DNA from: Methanosarcinales archaeon
GTDB taxonomy: Archaea; Halobacteriota; Syntropharchaeia; Alkanophagales; Methanospirareceae
Assembly: GCA_030665925.1 (NCBI GenBank)
Contig: DAOUYX010000001.1
Span: 1-25,880 of the forward strand
Direction: 5' to 3'
Length of the DNA: 25,880 nucleotides
Positions within the stretch are counted from its first letter, which is position 1; every line of letters starts with the position of its first letter. Shown piece after piece: positions 9,072-17,687 of this stretch. The notes beneath the pieces are model-generated. The model was not told the origin of the DNA, did no database searches, and saw nothing but the letters and a program-made list of their open reading frames with translations. The position numbers and the translations under genes are program-made.

Positions 9072-9232
9072 CTTGACTTTGTCACATTTCAAATTTACCG
9101 CAGAGAACGCGGAATTAGAGGTTTAGTTTATTAGCGGTTCAGCTCGTTAGCTAAACCTCCAAACCTCTAAACCCCTAAACCTACATCCTCTGCGTTCTCC
9201 GTGAACTCCGCGGTTAATCTAACAATGTCAAT
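9072..9232. mobile_element. MITE/REP-like element A (161 bp)
   Basis: Ends match element B in inverted orientation (36/39 and 54/56 nt); TGAC-N3-GTCA tips; 4x8-bp tandem CTAAACCT at 9151-9182. Confidence 0.7.
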
Positions 9233-9291
9233 GTAGTAATTATAAAAACATCTCACGACTATTTATTAGATCGGAGCTTCAATCAGAGATT

Positions 9292-9708
9292 ATGCCAAAA
9301 TGGGAAGTGCATGATAAATGGGCGGAGAAGCTGGAGCTATCCAAAGAAATTGCGAACTTTGTCAATCAGTTAAGTGACTTCCCTGACAAAACTCAGGAGT
9401 TTATGGAGTTCTGTGAGCGAGAAGGAGAAGAGATAATTTTGCAACTAGTAAGGACTCACGATTTTGAAATGATAATGAAGATTCCTAAGTATCTCCAGTT
9501 AGCGTTTGCGCGTCAAAAAGGGAGTGAATACGTGATGGCTTGGTATTTGCATTACGTCATGGATTACATACGAATGGCACCGGCACTCACTGCTGAGGAA
9601 ATACTAAAAAGAACTGAAGCTATATTTGAGCCATGTCAAGAGTTGGAAATTGTCAAAAGGTTTGTACGGGAAAACGCAGAAGAATTAGTATGCGATTGCA
9701 GGGCGTAG
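9292..9708 (+). CDS. Hypothetical protein, possible metal-dependent hydrolase
   Basis: 138 aa with H7, D29-x-P, H56-D57 and H87-x3-D91; this spacing recalls PLC/P1-nuclease/YdjM-type helical hydrolases (inference). Confidence 0.7.
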   Translation: MPKWEVHDKWAEKLELSKEIANFVNQLSDFPDKTQEFMEFCEREGEEIILQLVRTHDFEMIMKIPKYLQLAFARQKGSEYVMAWYLHYVMDYIRMAPALTAEEILKRTEAIFEPCQELEIVKRFVRENAEELVCDCRA

Positions 9709-9746
9709 AATTTTATCTTTTGAATCCTCAATTGAAATAGGTTACC

Positions 9747-11084
9747 GTGATACAATTACGCTTCGAGAAAGGAACACTTGTTGTAAAGAGCAATTTCAAG
9801 CTGCCACATACCGTATGGGACATGAGGTCGGGCTGTTATAGATGCCTGCCGATGTTCTACGGTGATCTGATAGAATATCTAAAACTTTCCAAGCTTGATT
9901 ATGAGGATGCCGTTCTGAATGTGCCGCCCATGCCGAATTTAACCTGCACCGTAACCTTGCGCGATTATCAAAAAGACGCATTGCATACCTGGCTCCAAAC
10001 AAGGAATGGCGTTTTGGTCCTCCCTACCGGTGCGGGCAAGACGGTAATAGGAATAAAAGCGATTTCCGTGCTGAAAGCTCCGGCATTGGTTGTCGTGCCG
10101 ACGCTGGAACTGGTGAAGCAGTGGAAACGTGAACTGGAAAAGGCATTTGGAATCAACGTTGGCACTTACAGCGGCGAAGGACACGTATTAAAGCCAATAA
10201 CCGTAGCGACGTACGACACCGCATATCTGAGGGCAGAAGAGCTTGGCAATCGCTTCCTGTTCTTACTCTTCGATGAGGTGCACCATCTGCCATCTCCGGG
10301 CTATGCGAACATAGCAGAGATGTTCGTTGCTCCGTACCGGCTGGGATTGACCGCAACGTACGAACGCGAAGATGGCCTCCATAAAGAGCTCGAACGATTA
10401 GTAGGAGGAAAGGTATACGAAATTGGCATAGATAAACTGAAAGGGAAGCATTTAGCAGAATACACAACGCGGAAGATCGTTACCGATTTAACGGATGACG
10501 AACGAAAGGAATACGAGAGAGATCACGTGGTATTTACAGAGTTCTTGAAAGAAAAGCACATAATCCTGAAATCGCCTAAAGATTTCAGATTACTCGTGAT
10601 GCGGAGTGGTCGCGATCCGAGAGCGAGAGAGGCGTTGTTAGCACGAAACAGAGCGAGAAGAATAGCGTTAAACTCACAATCGAAGTTACACGCTCTGTCT
10701 GAAATTCTGGACAAGCATTCCGGTGAACGGATGATTATATTTACGGAGCATAATTCGTTGGTCTACGCAATCTCCAAGGAGTTCCTCATACCCGCGATTA
10801 CGCACACCACGGAGAAAGAGGAGCGAGCGGAAATCTTAGAGTACTTCCGAAGCGGGAAATACAGGATAATAGTAACCTCCAAGGTCCTTGAAGAGGGCAT
10901 TGACGTGCCAGAAGCATCTGTTGGCGTTATCTTAAGTGGTAGCGGTAGTAAAAGAGAGTACAAGCAGCGATTAGGTAGGATTTTGAGAAAGAAAGAAGGT
11001 AAACTCGCTATTCTATACGAAATCGTATCAAAAGGAACAACTGAGGTTGGAATAGCAAGGAGACGTAAACATGTTACCGAGTGA
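9747..11084 (+). CDS. xpb: XPB/Rad25-like SF2 DNA helicase
   Basis: Walker A LPTGAGKT, DEVHH, LTATYERED (RED motif), EGIDVP, QRLGRILR; GTG start. Confidence 0.92.
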   Translation: MIQLRFEKGTLVVKSNFKLPHTVWDMRSGCYRCLPMFYGDLIEYLKLSKLDYEDAVLNVPPMPNLTCTVTLRDYQKDALHTWLQTRNGVLVLPTGAGKTVIGIKAISVLKAPALVVVPTLELVKQWKRELEKAFGINVGTYSGEGHVLKPITVATYDTAYLRAEELGNRFLFLLFDEVHHLPSPGYANIAEMFVAPYRLGLTATYEREDGLHKELERLVGGKVYEIGIDKLKGKHLAEYTTRKIVTDLTDDERKEYERDHVVFTEFLKEKHIILKSPKDFRLLVMRSGRDPRAREALLARNRARRIALNSQSKLHALSEILDKHSGERMIIFTEHNSLVYAISKEFLIPAITHTTEKEERAEILEYFRSGKYRIIVTSKVLEEGIDVPEASVGVILSGSGSKREYKQRLGRILRKKEGKLAILYEIVSKGTTEVGIARRRKHVTE

Positions 11085-12603
11085 ACTGCTCATCACAAGG
11101 ATAAAAAAGGACAGAATCTATCCGAGCTTCGTGCAGCTTGACGACACAGAGCATCTGGAATTGGCGGAGGAGCTTATAGACGTTTACAAAAATTTGACGG
11201 GAAAGAAGAAGAGCGAAATAGACGAACTCCTGGAGGAGCTTGAGCAGGGCTTGAATTTCAAACGTGTAAGGGGTTTGAGAACGCTTTTAGAGCGGCGATG
11301 CAACTTCACATCGAAGTTTGTTATTGAGCCGGTATCGGCACGGCGAGCAGTTTTCGAGGCGGCGAACAGCAGAAGAGTCACAAACAGGAAAGAAAGAGCA
11401 GAGATTATCGAGACTGTTGTAGACAAACTGAACGTTTCGGTTGATGATTTAGAGCAGTCGCTATGGGCAGACCATGAATCAGAGGTTATATTAGGGGATT
11501 TTGAGCCTTTGAGTCCTGAAGAGCTGTTAAAGTGGTACAATCTCGCACTTGCACAAACGCTGCTGTTCAAATCAACGGGTATGACCATTGCAGTTAAGGG
11601 CAATGCCAAGGAGATTTTCAGGGCGATAAAGTATTTCGGTTTGATGTATCTCCAGGAGGCTGGGAATAAGGTACGAATTGAAGGTGCATCGTCATTGCTG
11701 AAATTGAGCGAAAAGTACGGCACGACTCTGGCGAAACTGCTGCCCATAATCGTCAAGAGCGATGAATGGCAAATAGATGCCGAGATCGTTATTCGAAGAG
11801 ACATGCCGCGGATTTATCATTTTGTCATGGACAGTAGAAGTAAGAATCTGTTAATGAGCAAAGAGCAAGAGGTACAAACAACGTTTGACAGCAGCCTTGA
11901 AAAGAAATTTTATAATGATTTTGTAGCCCTGCCCACAGCGCAGAGCTGGGAATTGATACGAGAGCCAGATGTGATATTCACGAGCAAAGGCGTGTTCATC
12001 CCTGATTTCAAGTTCAGGCATAAAGAACTGCAAATAGAGACCTATTTCGAGATCGTAGGGTTCTGGACTGAAGAGTACATCAGCCGGAAATTGGCAAAAC
12101 TCCGTGCGCTGCCGTTCACTATATTGGTAGCAATCGACAGGAATCTCGCTTGCTTCAATGCAGCTCAGTTCGAGCTGGATCTTGATCTACCGATGATATT
12201 ATTCACCAAAAAAGTTCCGATTGGTGACGTCATCCGGTATTTAGCGGCGATTGAGCGAGAAGCGATAACGAAACAGGTGGATCTGTTAAAGGAAACACAG
12301 ATAGCGCTGGAAGGGGATATAATACCCATTAAAGATATTGCTCGGAGATACTCCGCAACTAAAGAAGCGGTAAGAGCGTGTTTGAAGCATCCCGATTATG
12401 TGGTGTTTAAAGAGGTTATAGTTAGCAAGGAGTTGTTGGGAGAGGTAAAGGAAAGACTGCTGTCTATACAGAAATATGGAGAAGCACGTAAAATCATCGA
12501 ACAAACGGAGTTAACAAACGCAGACGAGGTGTTGGCACATCTTGGGTTTACGGTGCAGTGGAAAGGGTTGGACGTTGGTGCGGCGACGATTGCGCTTCAA
12601 TAA
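11071..12603 (+). CDS. bax1: Bax1-like endonuclease (DUF790 family), XPB partner
   Basis: MLPSELL start overlaps the xpb end; YNLALAQTLL, GASSLLKLSEKYG, FDSSLE, FIPDF..., EIVGFWT nuclease motifs. Confidence 0.88.
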   Translation: MLPSELLITRIKKDRIYPSFVQLDDTEHLELAEELIDVYKNLTGKKKSEIDELLEELEQGLNFKRVRGLRTLLERRCNFTSKFVIEPVSARRAVFEAANSRRVTNRKERAEIIETVVDKLNVSVDDLEQSLWADHESEVILGDFEPLSPEELLKWYNLALAQTLLFKSTGMTIAVKGNAKEIFRAIKYFGLMYLQEAGNKVRIEGASSLLKLSEKYGTTLAKLLPIIVKSDEWQIDAEIVIRRDMPRIYHFVMDSRSKNLLMSKEQEVQTTFDSSLEKKFYNDFVALPTAQSWELIREPDVIFTSKGVFIPDFKFRHKELQIETYFEIVGFWTEEYISRKLAKLRALPFTILVAIDRNLACFNAAQFELDLDLPMILFTKKVPIGDVIRYLAAIEREAITKQVDLLKETQIALEGDIIPIKDIARRYSATKEAVRACLKHPDYVVFKEVIVSKELLGEVKERLLSIQKYGEARKIIEQTELTNADEVLAHLGFTVQWKGLDVGAATIALQ

Positions 12604-12969
12604 GTGTTGTATTAAACCTCCAAAAAGATCTATCATTTTTTTGGCAACCACTGAATTCGGAGGCAGTTTTTCTGCGATGCGAGATTGTTCAATAATTGTT
12701 TGAATACCTTTGAGAAAAATAATGTAGTGCTCACCGCTCTCTCCATTCATAATCCCAGGAATCAACTCCCTCTTTAAACGTTTTCTGATCGCAGTATCCC
12801 ACATAACAAACAGTTCGGGATTCAATAAACTCAAAGCCTTACTTGCCCCAGTTTGACAAAGAAGACTCCTGGATTGGTCAAAAATACGCTTTATTATTAA
12901 TACGTATTGACAAAAGTTATCATATTTTTTGCTTATGTTTAACGATACTAAAATAGACGAGGCAATACT
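12511..12969 (-). pseudogene. Degraded hypothetical gene (GASK...P..FVMWD..IR family)
   Basis: Frame is open from 12969 with no credible start. Core reads KRIFDQSRSLLCQTGASKALSLLNPELFVMWDTAIRKRL; the 3' end runs into the bax1 antisense strand. Confidence 0.5.
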
Positions 12970-13008
12970 TCAAGGAGATACCTCGAGAAGGTGCTGTTTT
13001 ATGACCCT

Positions 13009-13080
13009 GTCTGTGTATTTCAAGCCAATTGCCCAGCCTACTTCAAACAGCCCCGCAACAAAAAGACGCCCTCATGCCAT
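13009..13080 (-). pseudogene. sugE: 5' fragment of an SMR-family exporter (SugE/Gdx-like) with a nonsense codon at position 3
   Basis: Manual translation MA*GRLFVAGLFEVGWAIGLKYTD. Conserved E13, W16 and K-Y match; TGA replaces the conserved W3. Similarity stops after helix 1. Confidence 0.8.
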
Positions 13081-13500
13081 TCATTTGACCGCTCCTACAA
13101 GTGCCGTGTTTCAGTTTTATCTTCTCTCCTTCCTTTGGGAAAACATATAACTAACGCACCATACCACCAATAACAGATGTTCTCAGCGAGATAAAAGAAG
13201 GAACCACCGAAAACTTTTTTTCATCCGAGAACAGTTGTGCAACCACGAATATAAATTTTTAGACTGCGTTTCAGTTAGAATCGGATTTAACGTATTTTTA
13301 GGTGCTACTTTTATAATCAGAGAAAAGAACGACCGTAAACGTGCAAAAATCTGGATTTAGATTCCTGATTATAGGTTGTGATAGGGTAGAGGTTAAATAA
13401 TATATGATAGAAATAAATAAGATATAAACCAACAGATAATATAGGTTCGTAAGTTGTAGGATATAGGTTAGATAGAAGGAAAATAGGAGGAAAATGAAAG

Positions 13501-14766
13501 ATGGCAGAGAAAGAACACATGAATTTGGCTATGATAGGACATATCGACCACGGCAAGTCAACGCTGCTGGGACGGCTGCTGATGGATACCGGAGTGATAG
13601 ACCCGCATACAATAGATGAGTACAGGAAAAAGGCCGAGGCGATAGGAAAGGGGTCATTCGAGTTTGCTTGGGTGATGGATAGTTTGAAGGATGAAAGAGA
13701 GCGGGGCATTACTATAGACGTCGCTCATCAGAGGTTTGATACTAATAAGTATTATTATACGATCGTAGATTGTCCCGGTCACAGAGATTTCGTAAAGAAC
13801 ATGATTACGGGGACGTCTCAGGCGGATGCAGCGGTGTTGGTGGTGGATGCCAAGGACGGGATAATGGCGCAGACAAAGGAGCATGTCTTCTTATCCAGAA
13901 CCTTAGGAGTGACTCAGCTCATCATCGCTATAAACAAGATGGACAGGGTGAACTACGAGCAGAAGAGCTTCGAGGAGTTGAAGAAGGAGCTTTTAGAGCT
14001 TCTGGGAGTCGTGGGATACAAGAAAGATGTTCTCGTGTTTGTCCCCGTTTCTGCATTTGAGGGCGAGAACATAACGAAGCACAGCGAGAAGATGAAATGG
14101 TTCGACGGTCCCACCTTCTTGGAAGCGCTGGACCTCATGAAAGTGCCGGAGAAGCCAGTTGAGCTTCCGCTTAGAATCCCGGTACAGGACGTGTACACAA
14201 TAACCGGCGCTGGTACGGTTCCCGTAGGAAGAGTGGAAACGGGAAAGCTGAAGAAAGGCGACAAAGTGATTTTTAACCCGCCAGCTGTGGTAGGAGAGGT
14301 AAAATCAATAGAGATGCACCATGAAGAGATTCCAGAAGCAATTCCCGGCGACAATATCGGCTGGAATGTTCGGGGGGTCGGCAGGACGGATATACGGCGG
14401 GGAGATGTCTGTGGACATGTAGATAATCCACCAACGGTTGCGGATGAGTTTACCGCACAGCTCGTTGTTCTTCAGCATCCGACGGCAATTACTATCGGAT
14501 ACACTCCTGTTTTCCATTGCCACACCGCTCAAATTGCGTGCACGATACAGGAAATTACCAAGAAATTAGACCCGAAGACTGGCGCGACCAAAGAAGAGAA
14601 CCCGGACTTCATAAAAACAGGCGATGCCGCTATAGTGAAAGTAAAACCGACGAGACCATTAGTCATCGAGCGTGTGAAGGAGATACCACATCTTGGAAGG
14701 TTCGCAATCCGAGACATGGGGCAAACCGTTGCCGCTGGCATGGTGATTGATATAAAGGAGAAGTAA
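13501..14766 (+). CDS. tuf: Translation elongation factor 1-alpha
   Basis: [39 protein letters not shown] motifs. Confidence 0.99.
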   Translation: MAEKEHMNLAMIGHIDHGKSTLLGRLLMDTGVIDPHTIDEYRKKAEAIGKGSFEFAWVMDSLKDERERGITIDVAHQRFDTNKYYYTIVDCPGHRDFVKNMITGTSQADAAVLVVDAKDGIMAQTKEHVFLSRTLGVTQLIIAINKMDRVNYEQKSFEELKKELLELLGVVGYKKDVLVFVPVSAFEGENITKHSEKMKWFDGPTFLEALDLMKVPEKPVELPLRIPVQDVYTITGAGTVPVGRVETGKLKKGDKVIFNPPAVVGEVKSIEMHHEEIPEAIPGDNIGWNVRGVGRTDIRRGDVCGHVDNPPTVADEFTAQLVVLQHPTAITIGYTPVFHCHTAQIACTIQEITKKLDPKTGATKEENPDFIKTGDAAIVKVKPTRPLVIERVKEIPHLGRFAIRDMGQTVAAGMVIDIKEK

Positions 14767-14809
14767 AGTAAACCTAATCCAGACACAAACAAAACAAGGA
14801 GGAAGAGGG

Positions 14810-15127
14810 ATGGGGATGAACCAAAAAGCACGGATAAAGCTTTCGAGCGTGGATCATAAAAAATTGGATGAAATCTGCCAGCAGGTGAAGAGGATAGTTG
14901 AGACTACCGGTGTCAGAATGTCAGGACCCATACCTCTGCCTACAAAGAAGCTTGTTGTGCCATGCAGGAAGAGCCCGGATGGCGAAGGCTCTCCTACCTG
15001 GGATCATTGGGAAATGCGCATACACAAGCGGTTGATAGACCTGGAAGCGGATGAACGGGCACTGCGACAACTGATGCGCATACCTATTCCCAAGGACGTA
15101 CACATCGAAATTGTGTTGAAGGGGTGA
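14810..15127 (+). CDS. rps10: 30S ribosomal protein uS10
   Basis: [34 protein letters not shown]; follows tuf. Start is 14810 or 14816. Confidence 0.98.
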   Translation: MGMNQKARIKLSSVDHKKLDEICQQVKRIVETTGVRMSGPIPLPTKKLVVPCRKSPDGEGSPTWDHWEMRIHKRLIDLEADERALRQLMRIPIPKDVHIEIVLKG

Positions 15128-15232
15128 GTAGGGATACCAACGCACGCGATAGACAGATAAATATAGAAAACTATAAATACCAGATGGATGGTATCCTATA
15201 CCAACGTATAATAAAAAATAGAGGTGATAAAG

Positions 15233-15457
15233 ATGGGAATCGTACCGGATGAAATAATGAAAGAAAAGGATGATGAAATAGTGGCGCTGATAAAGGAGAT
15301 AGACGATTTAGTGAACGAACTCAAAGCCGCAACCGAAGAGGAGCAGAGAACGGAAATAATAAATAAGATAACAGAAAAGGAGAAGGATTTGCGTTCTATG
15401 AGGCATAAAAAAGGAGAGTTCCGGGCAGTGCTATCGCAACCTACAAAGCTCTGGTAG
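15233..15457 (+). CDS. Hypothetical small coiled-coil protein (74 aa)
   Basis: GAGGTGA SD before ATG 15233; charged helical sequence. Confidence 0.7.
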   Translation: MGIVPDEIMKEKDDEIVALIKEIDDLVNELKAATEEEQRTEIINKITEKEKDLRSMRHKKGEFRAVLSQPTKLW

Positions 15458-15494
15458 GTTCGTAGCTAAAATCAAATAAAAAACAAAAAGAAAG

Positions 15495-15519
15495 AGAAGA
15501 AAAAAATATTTTTTCTTCT
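15495..15519. terminator. Hairpin/poly-T signal between convergent genes
   Basis: AGAAGAAAAAA-ATA-TTTTTTCTTCT, an 11-bp stem with T-tracts on both strands, between the 74-aa gene and hdrB. Confidence 0.5.
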
Positions 15520-16410
15520 TTATTTTAGCAGCTTCTCAGGCATTGTAGTTGTTTGTGCGTCTAATCCACATTCCTTTACACTGAGTCCCATTGCGAGCCC
15601 GAGAAATTGCGTGGCGAACAGGATGGGGAAATTGAATGTGGTTCCAAAAGCCTTGTTCATCTCCGCTTGCCCCCGGTCAAGCTGCAAATGGCAGAACGCA
15701 CAGGGGTGAACCATGCAATCACAGCCCGCTTCTATCGCATTCACCAGCTTCTGACGTGTCCATTCCAGAGATTGAGGTGTATCCGCGGTTCGGTTTCCGC
15801 CGCCAGCACCGCAGCACATCAATTTATCCTTGTAATCTACCTCTTTCGCACCCGTTACCTTCACGAGGTCCTCTAAAATGTAGGGAGTTTCGGAAGAGCC
15901 ATGTCCTCTTACCTCCCGTGGCTTGAGGAAATGGCAGCCGTAATGCACCGCTACATTCACATCGTTCATCGGCTTCGTTATCCGCTCCTTTAGCTTATCC
16001 AATCCGATGACATCGTGAAGAATTACGATTGAATGGTGCACCTTCGTGGTTCCCTTGAATTCTCTACCGAATTTACCTAACACCTCATTAGTCTTTTCTT
16101 TTAACTTCGGGTGATCTTTCAGTAAATGGTCGGCTTCTTGAAGCGAGCCGTAACAACCATTACACGTCACATAGATCTCAAGCCCCATCTCCTCTGCAAT
16201 ACAGAGATTCCGCGCTGCTACCGGCAGCCACGTATGCATGTCAAAAGAGCCAAAGACACCCGGCGCTGGACAACAGGAAGCACCTACCATCTCCTTCGTC
16301 TCTATCCCAAACTCCTTAAAGATCCGCTTCGTCGCCGCTTCTATTCCCGGATACCTGTTTGGCGTGATACATCCGAGGAAAAAAGCATACTCCTTCGCTT
16401 CTTCACTCAT
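15520..16410 (-). CDS. hdrB: Heterodisulfide reductase subunit B
   Basis: Two CCG domains (GCIT..CCPAPG..CNGC; HYGCH..CCGAGG..CAFCH). ATG 16410 overlaps the hdrC stop (ATGA), so the ORF track start at 16455 is probably too long. Confidence 0.95.
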   Translation of the reverse strand: MSEEAKEYAFFLGCITPNRYPGIEAATKRIFKEFGIETKEMVGASCCPAPGVFGSFDMHTWLPVAARNLCIAEEMGLEIYVTCNGCYGSLQEADHLLKDHPKLKEKTNEVLGKFGREFKGTTKVHHSIVILHDVIGLDKLKERITKPMNDVNVAVHYGCHFLKPREVRGHGSSETPYILEDLVKVTGAKEVDYKDKLMCCGAGGGNRTADTPQSLEWTRQKLVNAIEAGCDCMVHPCAFCHLQLDRGQAEMNKAFGTTFNFPILFATQFLGLAMGLSVKECGLDAQTTTMPEKLLK

Positions 16411-16964
16411 TTCTTCTCGCCTCCTTCTGCTTCTCTTAAATTCATCGTATTCCAATCAAAATCAATCATCGCATCATAATGCGTTGTTCTGAATATCTCT
16501 TGCACCTGTTCCAGTTGTTCTTTGTACTTCTGCGTGGTCGGGGGCTGCGACTCAAGCCCTACCTCCTCTCTCAGCTTCATCTGTGGCTCTCCAATCGGCA
16601 CTGCATGACCGGTTTTTAGCACATAAACGCCGATCATTCTGTGCGGTACAGACATGTGCCCCGCCTTCGCAGCTAAGTTCCTTATTACCCTTATTAGATC
16701 CGTTGTTTTCACCCCTTTTGGACATCGCTCATAGCACGTGAAACATGTCGAGCAGAACCACAGTTCAGGGGCGTTAAAAATCTCCTCACGCATATCCTCC
16801 TGCGCCATCCGGAATAGTTTTCTCGTCCTGAACGCCGTGTACCTTCCTGATGGACAGCCCCCGGTACACTTACCGCATTGCACGCACAGCATCAGCGTTT
16901 CCATGTGCTCCTTGCCAAAGACTTCGCCTCCATGATCAACCATATCTTCATATAACGTTCCCAT
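16407..16964 (-). CDS. hdrC: Heterodisulfide reductase subunit C
   Basis: Two 4Fe-4S motifs, CVQCGKCTGGCP and CSTCFTCYERCP; coupled to hdrB. Confidence 0.95.
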   Translation of the reverse strand: MGTLYEDMVDHGGEVFGKEHMETLMLCVQCGKCTGGCPSGRYTAFRTRKLFRMAQEDMREEIFNAPELWFCSTCFTCYERCPKGVKTTDLIRVIRNLAAKAGHMSVPHRMIGVYVLKTGHAVPIGEPQMKLREEVGLESQPPTTQKYKEQLEQVQEIFRTTHYDAMIDFDWNTMNLREAEGGEKK

Positions 16965-17073
16965 TTGAGTATCCCTCCTTATCCACTTTTGATTACCTCT
17001 TCTTTTTACAAGTTCCTACTTTCCCTTATATATAATTTGCTATTTTTTATGGCAGGTTAAAATAATAGCAGGG

Positions 17074-17601
17074 TCATAATTCCACGATTCTTGCTTCTTC
17101 CTTCTCGAAATCGAGTAGTGCCACTGTCTTTCGCCCCGTGATATATCCACAGCACTCCCCGGGATTTATCACCCACGTTTTTTCTCCCCGCGCTCCGCCA
17201 TTATTTCTATGTTGCTCGATTATCGCTTTATGCGTATGACCATATATCACCACATCATACATACCTGACGCAGTCAGTGGTTTCACTATCGCTGGTCTGT
17301 GGGTCACAATTATCTTCTTCGCGGCGAGTTCAAATTCGTACGGGTCTTCATGTAGCTCGCCCACACCTTTCTCTTTGTAAAACTTCTTTAAAAGCAGCTT
17401 ATCGCCGTCGTTATTGCCGAATACCCCTACCAGCGGAGCTTTGAGCTTTCTAAATGGTCGCTCTGTGAATGGTGCTACGAAATCGCCAGCGTGAACCAGT
17501 AGTTCGATGCCTTCGTCGTTGAAAATTTCCACCGCTTCGCTTATCGCAGCGAGATTATCGTGTGTATCTGCTATTATTCCCACCTTCATGCTTATTCTCA
17601 C
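17074..17601 (-). CDS. Metallophosphoesterase (MJ0936/YfcE family)
   Basis: ADTHDN, HAGDF, GNND, VTH, GHTH, INPG motifs. Confidence 0.93.
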   Translation of the reverse strand: MRISMKVGIIADTHDNLAAISEAVEIFNDEGIELLVHAGDFVAPFTERPFRKLKAPLVGVFGNNDGDKLLLKKFYKEKGVGELHEDPYEFELAAKKIIVTHRPAIVKPLTASGMYDVVIYGHTHKAIIEQHRNNGGARGEKTWVINPGECCGYITGRKTVALLDFEKEEARIVEL

Positions 17602-17687
17602 CTTTTATGCTGCTATTTCTCCTCTTTACCTACCCTATCCGTAGAGTATAAATATTTTATATGCCCGCGAAGGATAAAAATAAATAG

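Noticed and set aside
12511-13080. Selenocysteine or UGA-readthrough gene
   Set aside because: The first TGA aligns to a conserved Trp rather than Cys, the two halves belong to unrelated families, and no SECIS-like element was seen. Other genes in the window use TGA as a normal stop.
12929-13173. Plus-strand ORFs of 73 and 60 aa
   Set aside because: No motifs; they are the antisense of the sugE and neighbouring pseudogene fragments.
13081-13260. Guanidine riboswitch upstream of the sugE remnant
   Set aside because: No paired ACGR-loop hairpins or ykkC-type conserved stretches were recognisable by eye.
13261-13278. AGACTGCGTTTCAGTTAG as an IS terminal repeat
   Set aside because: No partner inverted copy or transposase remnant was found in the window.
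15131-15197. Possible tRNA after rps10 (GGGATACC...GGTATCCT stem; ATACCAACG repeated twice)
   Set aside because: No T-loop GTTCRA, D-arm or anticodon arm; the interior is AT-rich and unstructured.
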